A stretch of DNA of 64,000 nucleotides, from positions 930,001 to 994,000 of the forward strand of contig OX337229.1 of assembly GCA_946965045.2 (NCBI GenBank), read 5' to 3'. Numbering within the stretch: the stretch's first letter is position 1; the number at the start of each line of letters is the position of its first letter. Shown here piece by piece: positions 34,673 to 45,500 of the stretch. The DNA is from Epithemia pelagica. Its lineage: Eukaryota > Protista > Bacillariophyta. The notes beneath the pieces are model-generated. The model made no database searches. It saw only the letters and a program-made list of their open reading frames with translations, and was not told the DNA's origin. Made by a program: the position numbers and the translations under genes.

Positions 34673-35375
34673 TCATTGAGGAACATAGATGTAGTCTTGG
34701 CTTCCTGGTGCAGAGGGGATCCCAAATTCAGCGACGGAATACGCCGTCGGGTTGTGGACGAGACTCGTGGAGCGCAAAGACCGTCCTTGCACATCGCGAA
34801 CTCTCATTTCATTCACAAATTCCTGTCGAATTTCCGAATTTTGCTCATTGTGAATGGGATCCCTACCATGTTGTCCATCCTCCTCCATATAGCAGCGGTC
34901 GCCCCCTCCAGCTCCATTTGCCTCTACCTCTTCTTGAGTTTCGGATTGTTCTTCATTCAGAAAAACACGGCGCCACAACGAAGTGTAAGCCAAGGCTTTG
35001 GGAGACGTTAGCGTCTGTAGGGAAGCATCCAAAGCAAGGTTAGTGAACAATAAGAAGGAAAATACCCAGGTTTATAAGAGATTATGGACGCGAATGGTCG
35101 CACGTCCGGATCTGGACGCATCAAATGAAGAGAATGGATCTCACAGGATGGTCCGTTTCGAACAGAGAGCATGCTTACCCGGGCCCTACGTGAAGAGAAT
35201 GCTTCGAACAAACGGAAAAGGGTACTTGACATTGTCCTGTTGATCTTTTCTCAAGGAAAGGGTAAAGAACAGTACAAGAACAAAGCATCAACGAAGAATT
35301 GGGAAAGGGGGCACGACATGGGACTTTCGGAAGGAGGTGCACTCCCTCCCCCTCAGAATCTTGGGGCGCATCCAC
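34673..35375 (-). pseudogene. Spliced-looking locus without an intact long ORF
   Basis: Candidate introns 35178-35112 (GTAAGC...CCAG) and 35065-35015 (GTATTT...CTAAC...TACAG). Every spliced frame contains a stop. Confidence 0.25.
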
Positions 35376-35471
35376 CCTCTCCCGTCAGGCCGCCAACCGT
35401 AAGATCTTCCGCGATAGATCTTTCATCTTTTGGGTTTTTGGGTATCCTCAATTGGTTTCGGCAAATCGACA

Positions 35472-35921
35472 ATGGTAGGTATCATCCCAGCCGATGCTGT
35501 AGCGATTGGGCTCGGTGCTTTTGCTGGAGCCATATCGAGATATCAAGCAGGGCGCCTAGCTGCTGAATACATTGCAAGTGATCCCAAGCGGTTCGGCCAT
35601 TTGACAGGCTGGCACACCGCTGCAATCAATATATCCGGCAGCTTTGTTTTGGGAGGTGTGACTGGTACACCACTCATTTCCAGAACAACAAAGTCAGGGG
35701 TCAACGGTAATATCGGATTGAGTCCCAGGGCAAAGCTCATGTTTGGTGTGGGATTTTGTGGCTCGTTCACCACATTCTCGACCTATAGTGTTGATGTAGT
35801 GAATTGGATTACACAAGGAAAAGTGGGCAAGGCTGCTGCATATGTGATGACTAACAATGTTGGGGGTGTCCTCGCTGCTGCGGCCGGTTTGGTTGTGGTA
35901 AAGAAGCTGTTTGGTGTGTAG
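35472..35921 (+). CDS. crcB: Fluc/CrcB-type fluoride channel
   Basis: GAFAGAISRY, INISGSFVLG, GFCGSFTTFSTY signature; four TM helices. Confidence 0.92.
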   Translation: MVGIIPADAVAIGLGAFAGAISRYQAGRLAAEYIASDPKRFGHLTGWHTAAINISGSFVLGGVTGTPLISRTTKSGVNGNIGLSPRAKLMFGVGFCGSFTTFSTYSVDVVNWITQGKVGKAAAYVMTNNVGGVLAAAAGLVVVKKLFGV

Positions 35922-36016
35922 ACTATAAAAAAGATACAAAAATGAATCATGTACACCACCAAGGCAGCTACAAAACAGAGACATATAGTTTTTGCAACAG
36001 ATGTACCCCCTGTCTT

Positions 36017-36840
36017 CTATAAAATACCTCTTGCAACAATCACTGGACCAAATCTTGCGTGTGGAGATAGCTGTTGAAAGTCTCGTTCGGCAAACACCAG
36101 TTTTAATCGGAGGCCTTCATTTTCTGGGAGGTAAACCGAGGGGTAAACACTCCCTCGAAATCTATTTACAGAAAGTGAATGAAGGGGCTCCCCATTCAGT
36201 AGAAATTGGACCATTGGTAGGTCCGACTGCTGAACTGCAATGCCGACAACGTCACCGTCTTTTACGGGAATGGGTCGCATCAAATCTGTGCCTTTCGGTG
36301 AAGAGTTCTCTGTCAGTGACGAGAAACAGCATATCAATGAAAGACCAGCAATATACATAAAGATGAAAGGTCAGATAGCCATCATTGTTTTCCAAGTGAA
36401 GTCCTTGCGCTCGTACCTTCGGCTTTTTCCTCATCCGATTGGTAAAACTTTCTGTCCTTTTTGGTTGCAACTCCAAACATGACCTCAAAAGCTGTAGCAG
36501 AGGGTTCTCCAACTTCTACATGTACTTCCCAATATGCGGCGTCTTGCTCCAATAAAACACCGGCAAGGGCAAGACCCAATCCTGAAACCTGATTGTCGAT
36601 CAAAGAGCGCCTGGTGAGTCTCACGAATACCTCCCCACAAAATTCTCAACAATCGCCTCGCCCCTTGCGACATACTGTTTGTCCTTGATCGACTTCCACT
36701 TGTGGTGATGTCATGGATCGGCTGATGGACAAGGATTTGCTCCCGTTCCCTGGAGTATTGGCCATTTCCGTTTCCGAGATTCCATTGTTTCCATTTCCGT
36801 CGCTGTCCTCCCCACAACAGCAGGAACAGCATCCACCCAT
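36017..36840 (-). CDS. SPRYD7: SPRY-domain protein 7 homologue (exons 36840-36676, 36588-36417, 36309-36017)
   Basis: MGGCCSCCCG N-terminus; VSGLGLALAG, YWEVHV, FGVAT, GDVVGIAV, FLLNG, FRGSVYPSVYL. Two frame-consistent introns give 209 aa. Confidence 0.8.
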
Positions 36841-37214
36841 TCTCGTAGAAAAGCAAGATGATGAAGCAACGTTGGCCACTCTTGAGAGATCCGCAGAATG
36901 CCAAAAAACGGCAACGAGAAGACCTTTGACAGCGCTGTCGTTCTGAATTGTGTCTTATGGTCGTCTCATGGCAGGTTGGGGTCAAGAGATGGATCTTGTG
37001 GGCGGGTCGCTGAACAAAGAACTACAGCGACTAAGGAACGACCGGACCAAAGTAGAATTGACCGACAGTCAGTATATCTTTGACTGACACAATAATGATC
37101 GAATCTCAATCCTATATTTTCTCTGCTTTTTTCGAACTTTCATCCTCATTTATTCTTTGGCCTTTCTTTCTGATCCTCGCAAGAGATCCTCGAAGAAGTA
37201 AGAACGGCTCAAGA

Positions 37215-37786
37215 ATGAAATATCGCGCAACCATTCCGGGAGGAATCTAGCCCGGTCAAATTGTGCCAGTCAATGTATCGGGGGTAGTGGTGAGCGTACG
37301 CTTGCCCAAGGGCAAAGCCGGCGACGCCTTCATCTTTGAAGTCAATCAAGAAACCTGGGAGGCTGCTCGATCCAATCCATCTTGTGTGGAAGGACAACAA
37401 CGTCCTCTCCATGCCGAGCTCATTCGCCGTCGGAGGACTCTTGCCAGACGAGTTGCCCACCTGTTCTCCTCCTGTACCTGTATCGCTTGTGACAAGAAAC
37501 AGTACGGCCATTTCACGGATATCGGAGTTGCAGTGTGAGTGCAAACATTTTTGCTGCTTAAAAAGTATTTGTTCTCGGTACAGCATGTCCATGACACTGA
37601 TGCGTTTGTTTGACAGGCTTTTTATGGTGCTCATTGGGGCATCTATATTGGTTGGTTTTGTTCTTGGTATCTTGTCCGTCACGGATCCAATGGATGCCGG
37701 ACGAATCATTCACATCCAAGGATCGTCTTTGGATTCCTCTCAGCGATCCATTCTTTTGGAAACGGCAACTCGTGTGGCAATGCAGC

Positions 37787-37826
<40 letters not shown>

Positions 37827-37932
37827 TCTCATGAAAGAAAGCCACAAAAAGCGATTGAGAAAAAGTGTCTTCTCTACAACACGCGACAACAACAACCACC
37901 ACACTCTTCTCTGGACCGAGCAAACGTGCTAG
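37215..37932 (+). pseudogene. Single-pass membrane protein gene with an in-frame TAG at codon 12 (exons 37215-37534, 37617-37932)
   Basis: MKYRATIPGGI*PGQIVPVNVSGVVVSVRLPKGKAGDAFIFEV. Intron GTGAGT...CTGAT...GACAG joins the frame to a TM helix (IGVAVLFMVLIGASILVGFVLGILSV) and a poly-Q tail. Confidence 0.55.
37786..37824. repeat. (CAA)13 microsatellite encoding poly-Q
   Basis: Perfect CAA run read directly from the sequence. Confidence 0.95.
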
Positions 37933-38154
37933 AGTTTCATTGCAGATCCATGGAGGATCGATTTATGTACAACTGATCCTATCTATGGAACAGTAACAGT
38001 CCAAAGGAACCAGAAATCCAACACCAACTGTTGGGTTGTAAAGCGTCTCCACCCCATTGCACTCCTTCCCTTGTCATACAGCACATAGAATATACACCTT
38101 TCTCCTTCTTAGTAAATACACACCATCCCCACACCAATTCCGACAAGAATTTCG

Positions 38155-39378
38155 TCATCCGGCTCCCGCGTGCATGGTCACAACCACATCTTCTTCCTCC
38201 TCTTGATGTTGTTGTTGGTGGTGGTCTGTAGTTGTACGAGTTGTGGATTCTTCATCCTCCTCCTTGTTGGTCGAGACGGATCCACTGCGAAAGGATTGGA
38301 TCGAGACCGAGGCAAATCCCAACTCGTGGCAAAACCGTTGGTCCCATTCATTCGCTTCCAACACTTGTTGGGCATGAGGCACATGAATGGCATCCAATTC
38401 AATCCGCGCCCGATTGCCAGCCAGTAAACGGACTCGGAGATTGCTCGTTTCGTCCAAGACCGCATGCAAGAATTGTTGACGGACCATTCGTTCGGCTTGA
38501 TCAATCCGTTCCAAATGGTCCATCGTGGCCCGAACTCCCAAGGCCAAACGACTTCGTAAACAGGGCGAGGCGGCATAATTCCAATTGGGCAAGCCAAGAT
38601 GTTTCGAGGCTTGTCGAACCTGGTCTTTGGTAATGTATTGCAAGGGAGACAGGACCTGAAACTGATGGGCCGCAATCAACCCCAACCGGGTCGGATCCTG
38701 AACGTCGTCGGCATTGGTCCCATTGTACAGTTGGATCAAATCACTTGTACGATTCTCATTGGACGGCTGCTCCTCATTGCGAACATGATCCACCACGGCC
38801 CGCATGGCCGAATACAAGTGGGTTTTACAAGCCAAACAGGCTTGGCCTTGATTGGCCAGATAGGTCTCATCTTGACCTTCTTGCGTTTGAATCATGGTCA
38901 AGGGAATGCCAATATGATCCGCCACCCGTTGGGCGAGATCGACTTGTTCTTGTGGAACGGCTGGAGACAAGCCCAACATGGCATGGACGACATGTTCTTG
39001 TTGTGGTTGTGGTTGTGGTTGTGGTTCTTGTTGGATCAATGGATTGGCAATTGTCCGACACTGGTACAAGAGTGCTGCCACCAGGGACGAATCGACACCT
39101 CCCGAAAAGGCCACAATGTGTCTTCTCATTGTCGTGGACGATGCTGGACCCATGAGTGTTTGAGTATGTTCCAACAGTCGGTCGACATTGTCCGAGATTC
39201 GACCGTGTTCGTCCCACACCAACAAGCCAGTCGCTGGTGGGGCAGCAGGTCTCATCAAAGTCGAATTCCAACGAATCGAGGAGCATGCGTCGTTCCGTGG
39301 ACGAAACCCTTGTTTGGGAAACAATCGTAGGAGGCGTTGAGGAGGCGTCATGGTCAGTGGTCGTTGAGGCATTGCCAT
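38155..39378 (-). CDS. larE: LarE-like PP-loop sulfur transferase with mitochondrial-type presequence
   Basis: VAFSGGVDSSLV, ACLACK, NGTNADD, TRLGLIAA, SPL, KDQVRQASKHLGLPNWNYAASPCLRSRL, NLRVR. Confidence 0.85.
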   Translation of the reverse strand: MAMPQRPLTMTPPQRLLRLFPKQGFRPRNDACSSIRWNSTLMRPAAPPATGLLVWDEHGRISDNVDRLLEHTQTLMGPASSTTMRRHIVAFSGGVDSSLVAALLYQCRTIANPLIQQEPQPQPQPQQEHVVHAMLGLSPAVPQEQVDLAQRVADHIGIPLTMIQTQEGQDETYLANQGQACLACKTHLYSAMRAVVDHVRNEEQPSNENRTSDLIQLYNGTNADDVQDPTRLGLIAAHQFQVLSPLQYITKDQVRQASKHLGLPNWNYAASPCLRSRLALGVRATMDHLERIDQAERMVRQQFLHAVLDETSNLRVRLLAGNRARIELDAIHVPHAQQVLEANEWDQRFCHELGFASVSIQSFRSGSVSTNKEEDEESTTRTTTDHHQQQHQEEEEDVVVTMHAGAG

Positions 39379-39598
39379 GGTAAAATCGGCGTGTAATGGT
39401 GTTTTCTTTTCTCGGGAAGCGTGGGGGTGGTGTGGGAGAGAATGACGTCCGTTTAGTCACGAATAGTACCAGGACTCCACTACTCATTCAGAAAGTGAGC
39501 CGAAAGATAAGAAGGGTAGTTTCAGTCGCCGCACCTTTTTTGCGGGGCGCTGGCATTTACCAGGTTCATAAAAAAAAAATTGAACCGTCGACCCGACC

Positions 39599-42500
39599 AT
39601 GAGCGGCACCGTCAAGACACTGGCTCCCAAGTCTTTGGCGTCGGCGTCATCCAGCGCCAATGACGAAAAAGAAGAGGAAATGTTTCCCTCTTCGGTCGAA
39701 GAAGCGGGAGCTTTGCTGGGCATGGCCATTACGCAACTCACCATGGCTTCCTCATCATCATCGTCGGCTTCCTCGTCCTTGGCTCCACCGGCAGGCATGC
39801 ACAGCAGTTTTCGAGTGTTGCGACCCGTTTCGAATGCCCAACTCCTGATGCGACTGTACGAACTACGAGCCTTGTTGCGGTCCACTCAATCCGAAGGTCC
39901 TCTTGTGGCAGCACCCTCGATCTTGGCCGTGTTGATCAAATTGATTGGTGTCTCGACCAATTTAGCACCGGCCTATTTGACCGGCAGTGTCAATCCAGCA
40001 GCCGCCGCATCCTCTCTGGGTAGTGCCAGCGCTTTGAATGCTAGTACTCCCAACGATGCTGCCGCAGCGGCCGCACCTCGTCCGGCGACACCACCCATGT
40101 TGTCGCATGCCATTCGACATGTTTGGGTGGATTGTGTCACCTTGTGTCATGTCCGAGGGGCTGGATTGACGGGATCGACGCGGATTCATACCTCGCAATT
40201 CATTCGACAAATGTTGTCGTTGGCCTCGCAAAACCCTCGCACGGCACGAGCGGCCGGCGGTGTCCGCGTGGCCGCCTTGAATGTCGTGGAGGCCTTGCTG
40301 TTGGTGGATGAAACCAAGGAACACGAACAACAAGAAGAAACTCCTCGTCGCATCAACAAGTCCCACCGCTCTACGTCACAACCATTGGTATTGCAAACGG
40401 CTCCGTGGGCCTTGGATATGTTACAAGTGTGTTTAAAGGCCTTGCGTTCGGCTGGGAATGGAGAAGCCACATATCGGCAATCGGCCTTGAAATTAGCCAT
40501 TGCTGTAGCGGTAGCCTCTCGACGAGCGCAAATGATTCGGCTGCAACAGCAACAAGGAGAATCTGTATTGTCCTTGTCAGATCTCTTGGTGCTCAAGGGT
40601 GCCCTGGAAGAAAAGGCCTTGGTGGAAGCGGTCAAAATTCTCAAACAAGCCACACAAGATAAATTGCCCGAAGTTCGTTTGGGTGCGGCTCAATTTGCTG
40701 CCCATTTGGCACCCCTCCTCCTGCCCAAGGAAACGTCGTCGTCGTCTTCGCTGTCGTTGGTGGAAGAAACCTTGACCTTGGCCTGGCGAAATTTGGATGA
40801 TGAATCGGCACAGATTGGACACTTTTGGTCGCAAACCGTGGCACGTATTGTGGTCACCCTCCTCCAGTACCACTCGCAACAACAACAGGGTGCCCGAGGA
40901 GGAGGAGGCGGTGCCAGTGGCGCTACGAGTCCCACCAATCGTGGTACCATCAACACTCAGACCAGTACCGGAAGTGCCGCCACTAGTAGTAGTAGCAAGG
41001 GAGACGAAAGTGGAAGCGATGTGGAAATCACTCGATCCCGACCGACCACAACCTCACGAGTTGGTTCCGCGAGTGCTGCCACTGTTGGCGGTGGAGCAGG
41101 AGGTGGTGGACGCGTCACGCTCTTGTCTCAAGCCACTTCGTTGAAACGAATCTTGCTGTACTTGGTGGATCAATTTGTCAAGGTCGGTGGAGAATTGGTG
41201 GCCACACGCATGGGAGGAAGCTTTTCGACGGGAGGACGGAACGTGCGTGTCGGAATTGGTCTCGTTGTGTCGCAGTTGCTCCAATTGCGAGCCTACATGG
41301 GAGAAGAGGCACATTCCCTGACTCTTGTCGAATTGATTCAAGTTCTCTTGGGAATGGTGGGAGGACCCGACATGGAGAAACAACTCCGTCCACCCGAAGG
41401 GTCGACCACCACCTTGGGTGTGGGGTTTCCCAGTGTGGGGTCTCGGAATTGGTCCAAGGCGGATGCCGGTGTAGCACGGGCCGTGACATGTCGTGTGTTG
41501 CGAGATGGAATTTCCCAAGTATCCTCGGAACCAAGTCAATTGGCCCTTCTTCAAGATTTGGTCAGCTTCCTTCCCACCACCACAACAACGACCACACCGG
41601 GTGGAATCCTGCTCAATGCCCATCAGGTTCAGTGTGTATTGGTGGAACTCTCCCATCTCGTGGTCACACTGGGAGAAGGCATTACGGCCAAACTACCAGA
41701 AATTGTGGCAGCTCTCAAACCATGTCTCGAACACGTGGATTCCGGTGTCCGACATGAGGCTGCCGTCGCTTGCCATGCCGTTTGCGTAGCGCATCCCCAC
41801 ACGGGCCGAGACCTGGTCAAAACGGCCTTGATTGATGTTCAAATGCATCATGCCAAACTCATGACCATGTCCTCTGGGTCCGGTGATTCGGCCGGTGAGG
41901 ATGAACGACAAAAAAGTCCCAAAATGCGCATGTTTCGTCGCAAGACCAAAGAAACGACTCATGATTCGGTCGATGCTTCGCCCAGCCAACGTGCCATTCA
42001 TGGTCTTTCTATCATGGTGGCCATGCTCGTTCGAGAAATGCCCAATGGATCAGGAGGCCTGCCCGAAGAAATATCTCAAACCGTTGCATCTGTGGGAGAA
42101 ATCTTGATTGCCAGTCAATTCAATGAAATCTTGGCCAAGTCCAACCGAATGGCTGTTTGTGCCTGTGTCCGAGGTGGCTTTACCATGATTGCATCACTCA
42201 TGGCAACCGGACCCAAAGTCATCTCCAAGCATGTTCCACGTGTGTTCAGTGCCTGGCAAAAGGCTTGCAATAGTGCCAAGGTTGGTGGGAAACTCTTGGC
42301 TCCGCAACATGACCTGATTTGCATTGATGCCGTGCTCTACTCGGTCGTGGTTTTCCTCAAGTACTGTTCCGAGCTTTTATTGGCGATTCCGGAAGCCTTG
42401 ACACAGATCACAGTTCTCCTGGAGGAGATATTGCCTGTCCTCATGTCAGATGGTAGATTGGGGAGTCTACCATTGTCATCAAATATATCGACTTGGTTGG

Positions 42501-45500
42501 AAAGCGCTCGAGCATCCCTGTTGGAATCCTTTGCATGGCTTCCGGCCGGCTCCTACCCCATGGTGGCCGATTCTGTCTTTGCGTTTGCCTCTGAAAATAT
42601 TCAGGCCGCAGTCTACTCGGAGATTTCTTGCTCTATTCTTCAAGATATTCTCTGTCCTGAAGATTCCTTACTGGATACCTGTTCTCTCGCTAGGGTAAAA
42701 CGCGACGGCCAATCTGGTATGGCAAGAGATCTCGATCAGACAGTACTACTTTTAACTGCAGAATTCTCTCATCATGAGGAACGGGAGGCTGTACTCCATC
42801 TACAAGATAGACTTCCAATTGAATATTTGGACGGCAAAGGGAAAAGATTTCGAAGAAGTTTTATTTTGGCGTCAAAGTGCAATATCAATAAACCTTTCCA
42901 GCCGCCAACACCGCTGCATGAGGTAGGAATGTGGAGAAGACCAGTGGATCCTTCATCGTCGGCGAAAATTCGACTGGTAGATGCAGCAGTCCAGGCATTT
43001 GCGGCAACGTTCGGGCTTAAAGGCGGCCGAGAACAACAGGCTGCAATGAATATGCTGGAAGCGCTTGTTCCACAGTATTTTGCACAAATAACTCGAACCC
43101 TGAATTCGTCCTTGACGGAGCAATCCAAGTCGAAGGATGAAAACACCCCCGTTGCCAATATTACAGCGGTTCTACTGTTGTGTCTACAGTCCCTTCCGCT
43201 TCACGAATCAACAAACGATGTTCCGATCGGTCTTGGTCCACCTTGGATGAACAAAGCGAAGGATATTCTCTTAGCTCTGTTACCCTCGTCATCTAATTCC
43301 GTCCGTCGTGCAGCGGCAGAAGGGTTAGCACTTCTTGCAACTCTTGGGGTAACCGAAGATGCTCACTTCTTGCAGAGTACTGTCCTTCATTCTCTCGACG
43401 AAGTGAGACAAGGGAACAAACCCGATGGAAAACCACGGGCCATTGCCTTGGAGCCTGTTTCTGCAGCAAGAGCGGGATCGCTGCTGACTCTAGCCTGTAT
43501 ACAACGGACCGAATTCAACGTCACGCAGCGACAACTTGAAAGAGCACGGGGCCGTGCGGAACTTTCAAAGAATAGACAAGTCGTCGAAATCAAGGATTCT
43601 CAGCTTCCCATACTGCAAATGATGACAAGAATTCTTCCTTCGATAGGAAATTACGGTTTCACGGATTTTTTTGAAGTCAGAGCATTCGCATTGCAATCTT
43701 TCCAGGTTCTTTTGGCATACTCGTGCCGTTTAGAAAAGTTGAACATGGATGCGGTGGACAGACAACTCCTTAGAAAGGCCGTGGAGATTATTGAGGAAAA
43801 TGTTTGCTCTGCTTGGATTGTCGCATCGAACGATCTTGACAAAGGACATGAGAGCGAGAAAATGGGTTCTGAATGCTGCTTTTTGGCCGTTGTTCTGCGG
43901 TTCATGTCTTTCATTCTTCCTTTTCTGAAGCTTTTGAAATCGGAGGACAACAACGTTGTATGCCGTTTCTGTGTTATGGCAAGAACGATCATAGAAAGAA
44001 ATGGGGAGCACCCCGCTATTGCATTTGAAGCAATGGTGTTTTTTGAGGTAATGGCCAGAGAGGTTCACTGTCTTCCCTCCATGTCAAACCATGTTGTACC
44101 AGCCGAGAACCCGATATATTCCATGATTCCGATTGTTATGGAAGTGTTGACTCCGGTCCGACCGAAGGAGCACGCGTGTACTCCTGTCTTGTTTTCCTAT
44201 GACGTCTTCCGCGCAGCCGTTTTTGTGCTTCATGCAATTACGAATGCTGATATTTCCGTTACTCGGGTGATGAATGCAAGATTTAGTGGTCATCTTGTTG
44301 CTGCGTTTGAATTCGTGGCCGGCTGCAAGTGCTTTATGGGAACTGGGCTCCTCAGGTCAATGGTGGTACCTCGACGCGTCGAGACATCTCTCACACAGAG
44401 TGACGAATCAATTGGTGAAGTAATGAAGTTGGTCCCCAGGCTGATCTTGGATGAGAAACCAAATCCTAAATCCAACTACAAGTTCCACTTGCGTTCTTTA
44501 CTCTTTGCAAAGGCTCTTCTGTCTGGCGTTGGTTCCGTTGAAGAACTAGAGGGAGAAACTGTCTTCGACAAGGAAAATGTGATCAGATCTGCGTTGGCAA
44601 CATCAAAGAGTGACGCAGCCGCAGTGTACAAGATAGTTGGTTCTCCGAGGTGGCAGTCAAAGACATTGGGCGCACAACTTGCCTCTTGCTGCTTGCGCGA
44701 AATCATCTCGTCAGAAAAGGAGTCTGGTGTACCGAAGGTTGAAAGCCGCCATTTCAACTCAAGTCTTGCATCTGCATGGTGTGAAAAACAGTGCCAAGAA
44801 GCGGAGGCGTTGGACGGGGATATCCCCGATTCACTCCTGGCATTTCATCTCCAGGACCTCATCGCTTCGGCCTGTATGACATCCGTTGCGTCGCTTGATC
44901 AGTCAGAGCTTTTCTCCGTCCAAGAATCATCTCTGTACTTCCTCTCGGATATTATTTTGTCGTTCTGTCAGATACCTGATCCTGAAATGCCTGGATCTGA
45001 TGTTCTACATCAATACTCACAACAGATCTATTCCGTTGTAAAACATTGTCTCAATTCAATCGATGAGATACAAACCGACGGAGCATTTCGAGTTTTTCTG
45101 GCCAGCTGCTGGACTGTCTCTATAGTGGTAAAAGAAAAGATGACTACTGAACCGTCCGTTCTAAAACGTCTGATGCGACCTTTGATTCCGCCTGCCGAAC
45201 ATCTCTCATTTCACTCAGTTACAGAGCGAAGGAAGGAGGCAGTTTTCGAGGAATCAGGCAACTACTCCAATATGATCAAGAAAGCCAGAGTTATCTTCAT
45301 CGGCGACTTGCTGTATGGGCAAAGGGCTGTCGACGAACAGTTATTTCGTGGACTTTCAATGGAATTGATCAAAGAACCTGAAGCATTTGCTGTGGAAAGT
45401 GCCTTAGTCGCATTTGAAGGAGCAAGTCTTCTCCATGCATGGAAGCTTTCACTTGTTGGAGATGATGTCCCTGTTGTGACTACAGAGAATGATGACGAGA

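Noticed and set aside
9287-37932. Stop-codon reassignment as an explanation for the in-frame stops
   Set aside because: Well-defined genes end in TAA (cvfB, nadC), TAG (hydrolase, CDK) and TGA (channel, TFIP11), so the standard code applies.
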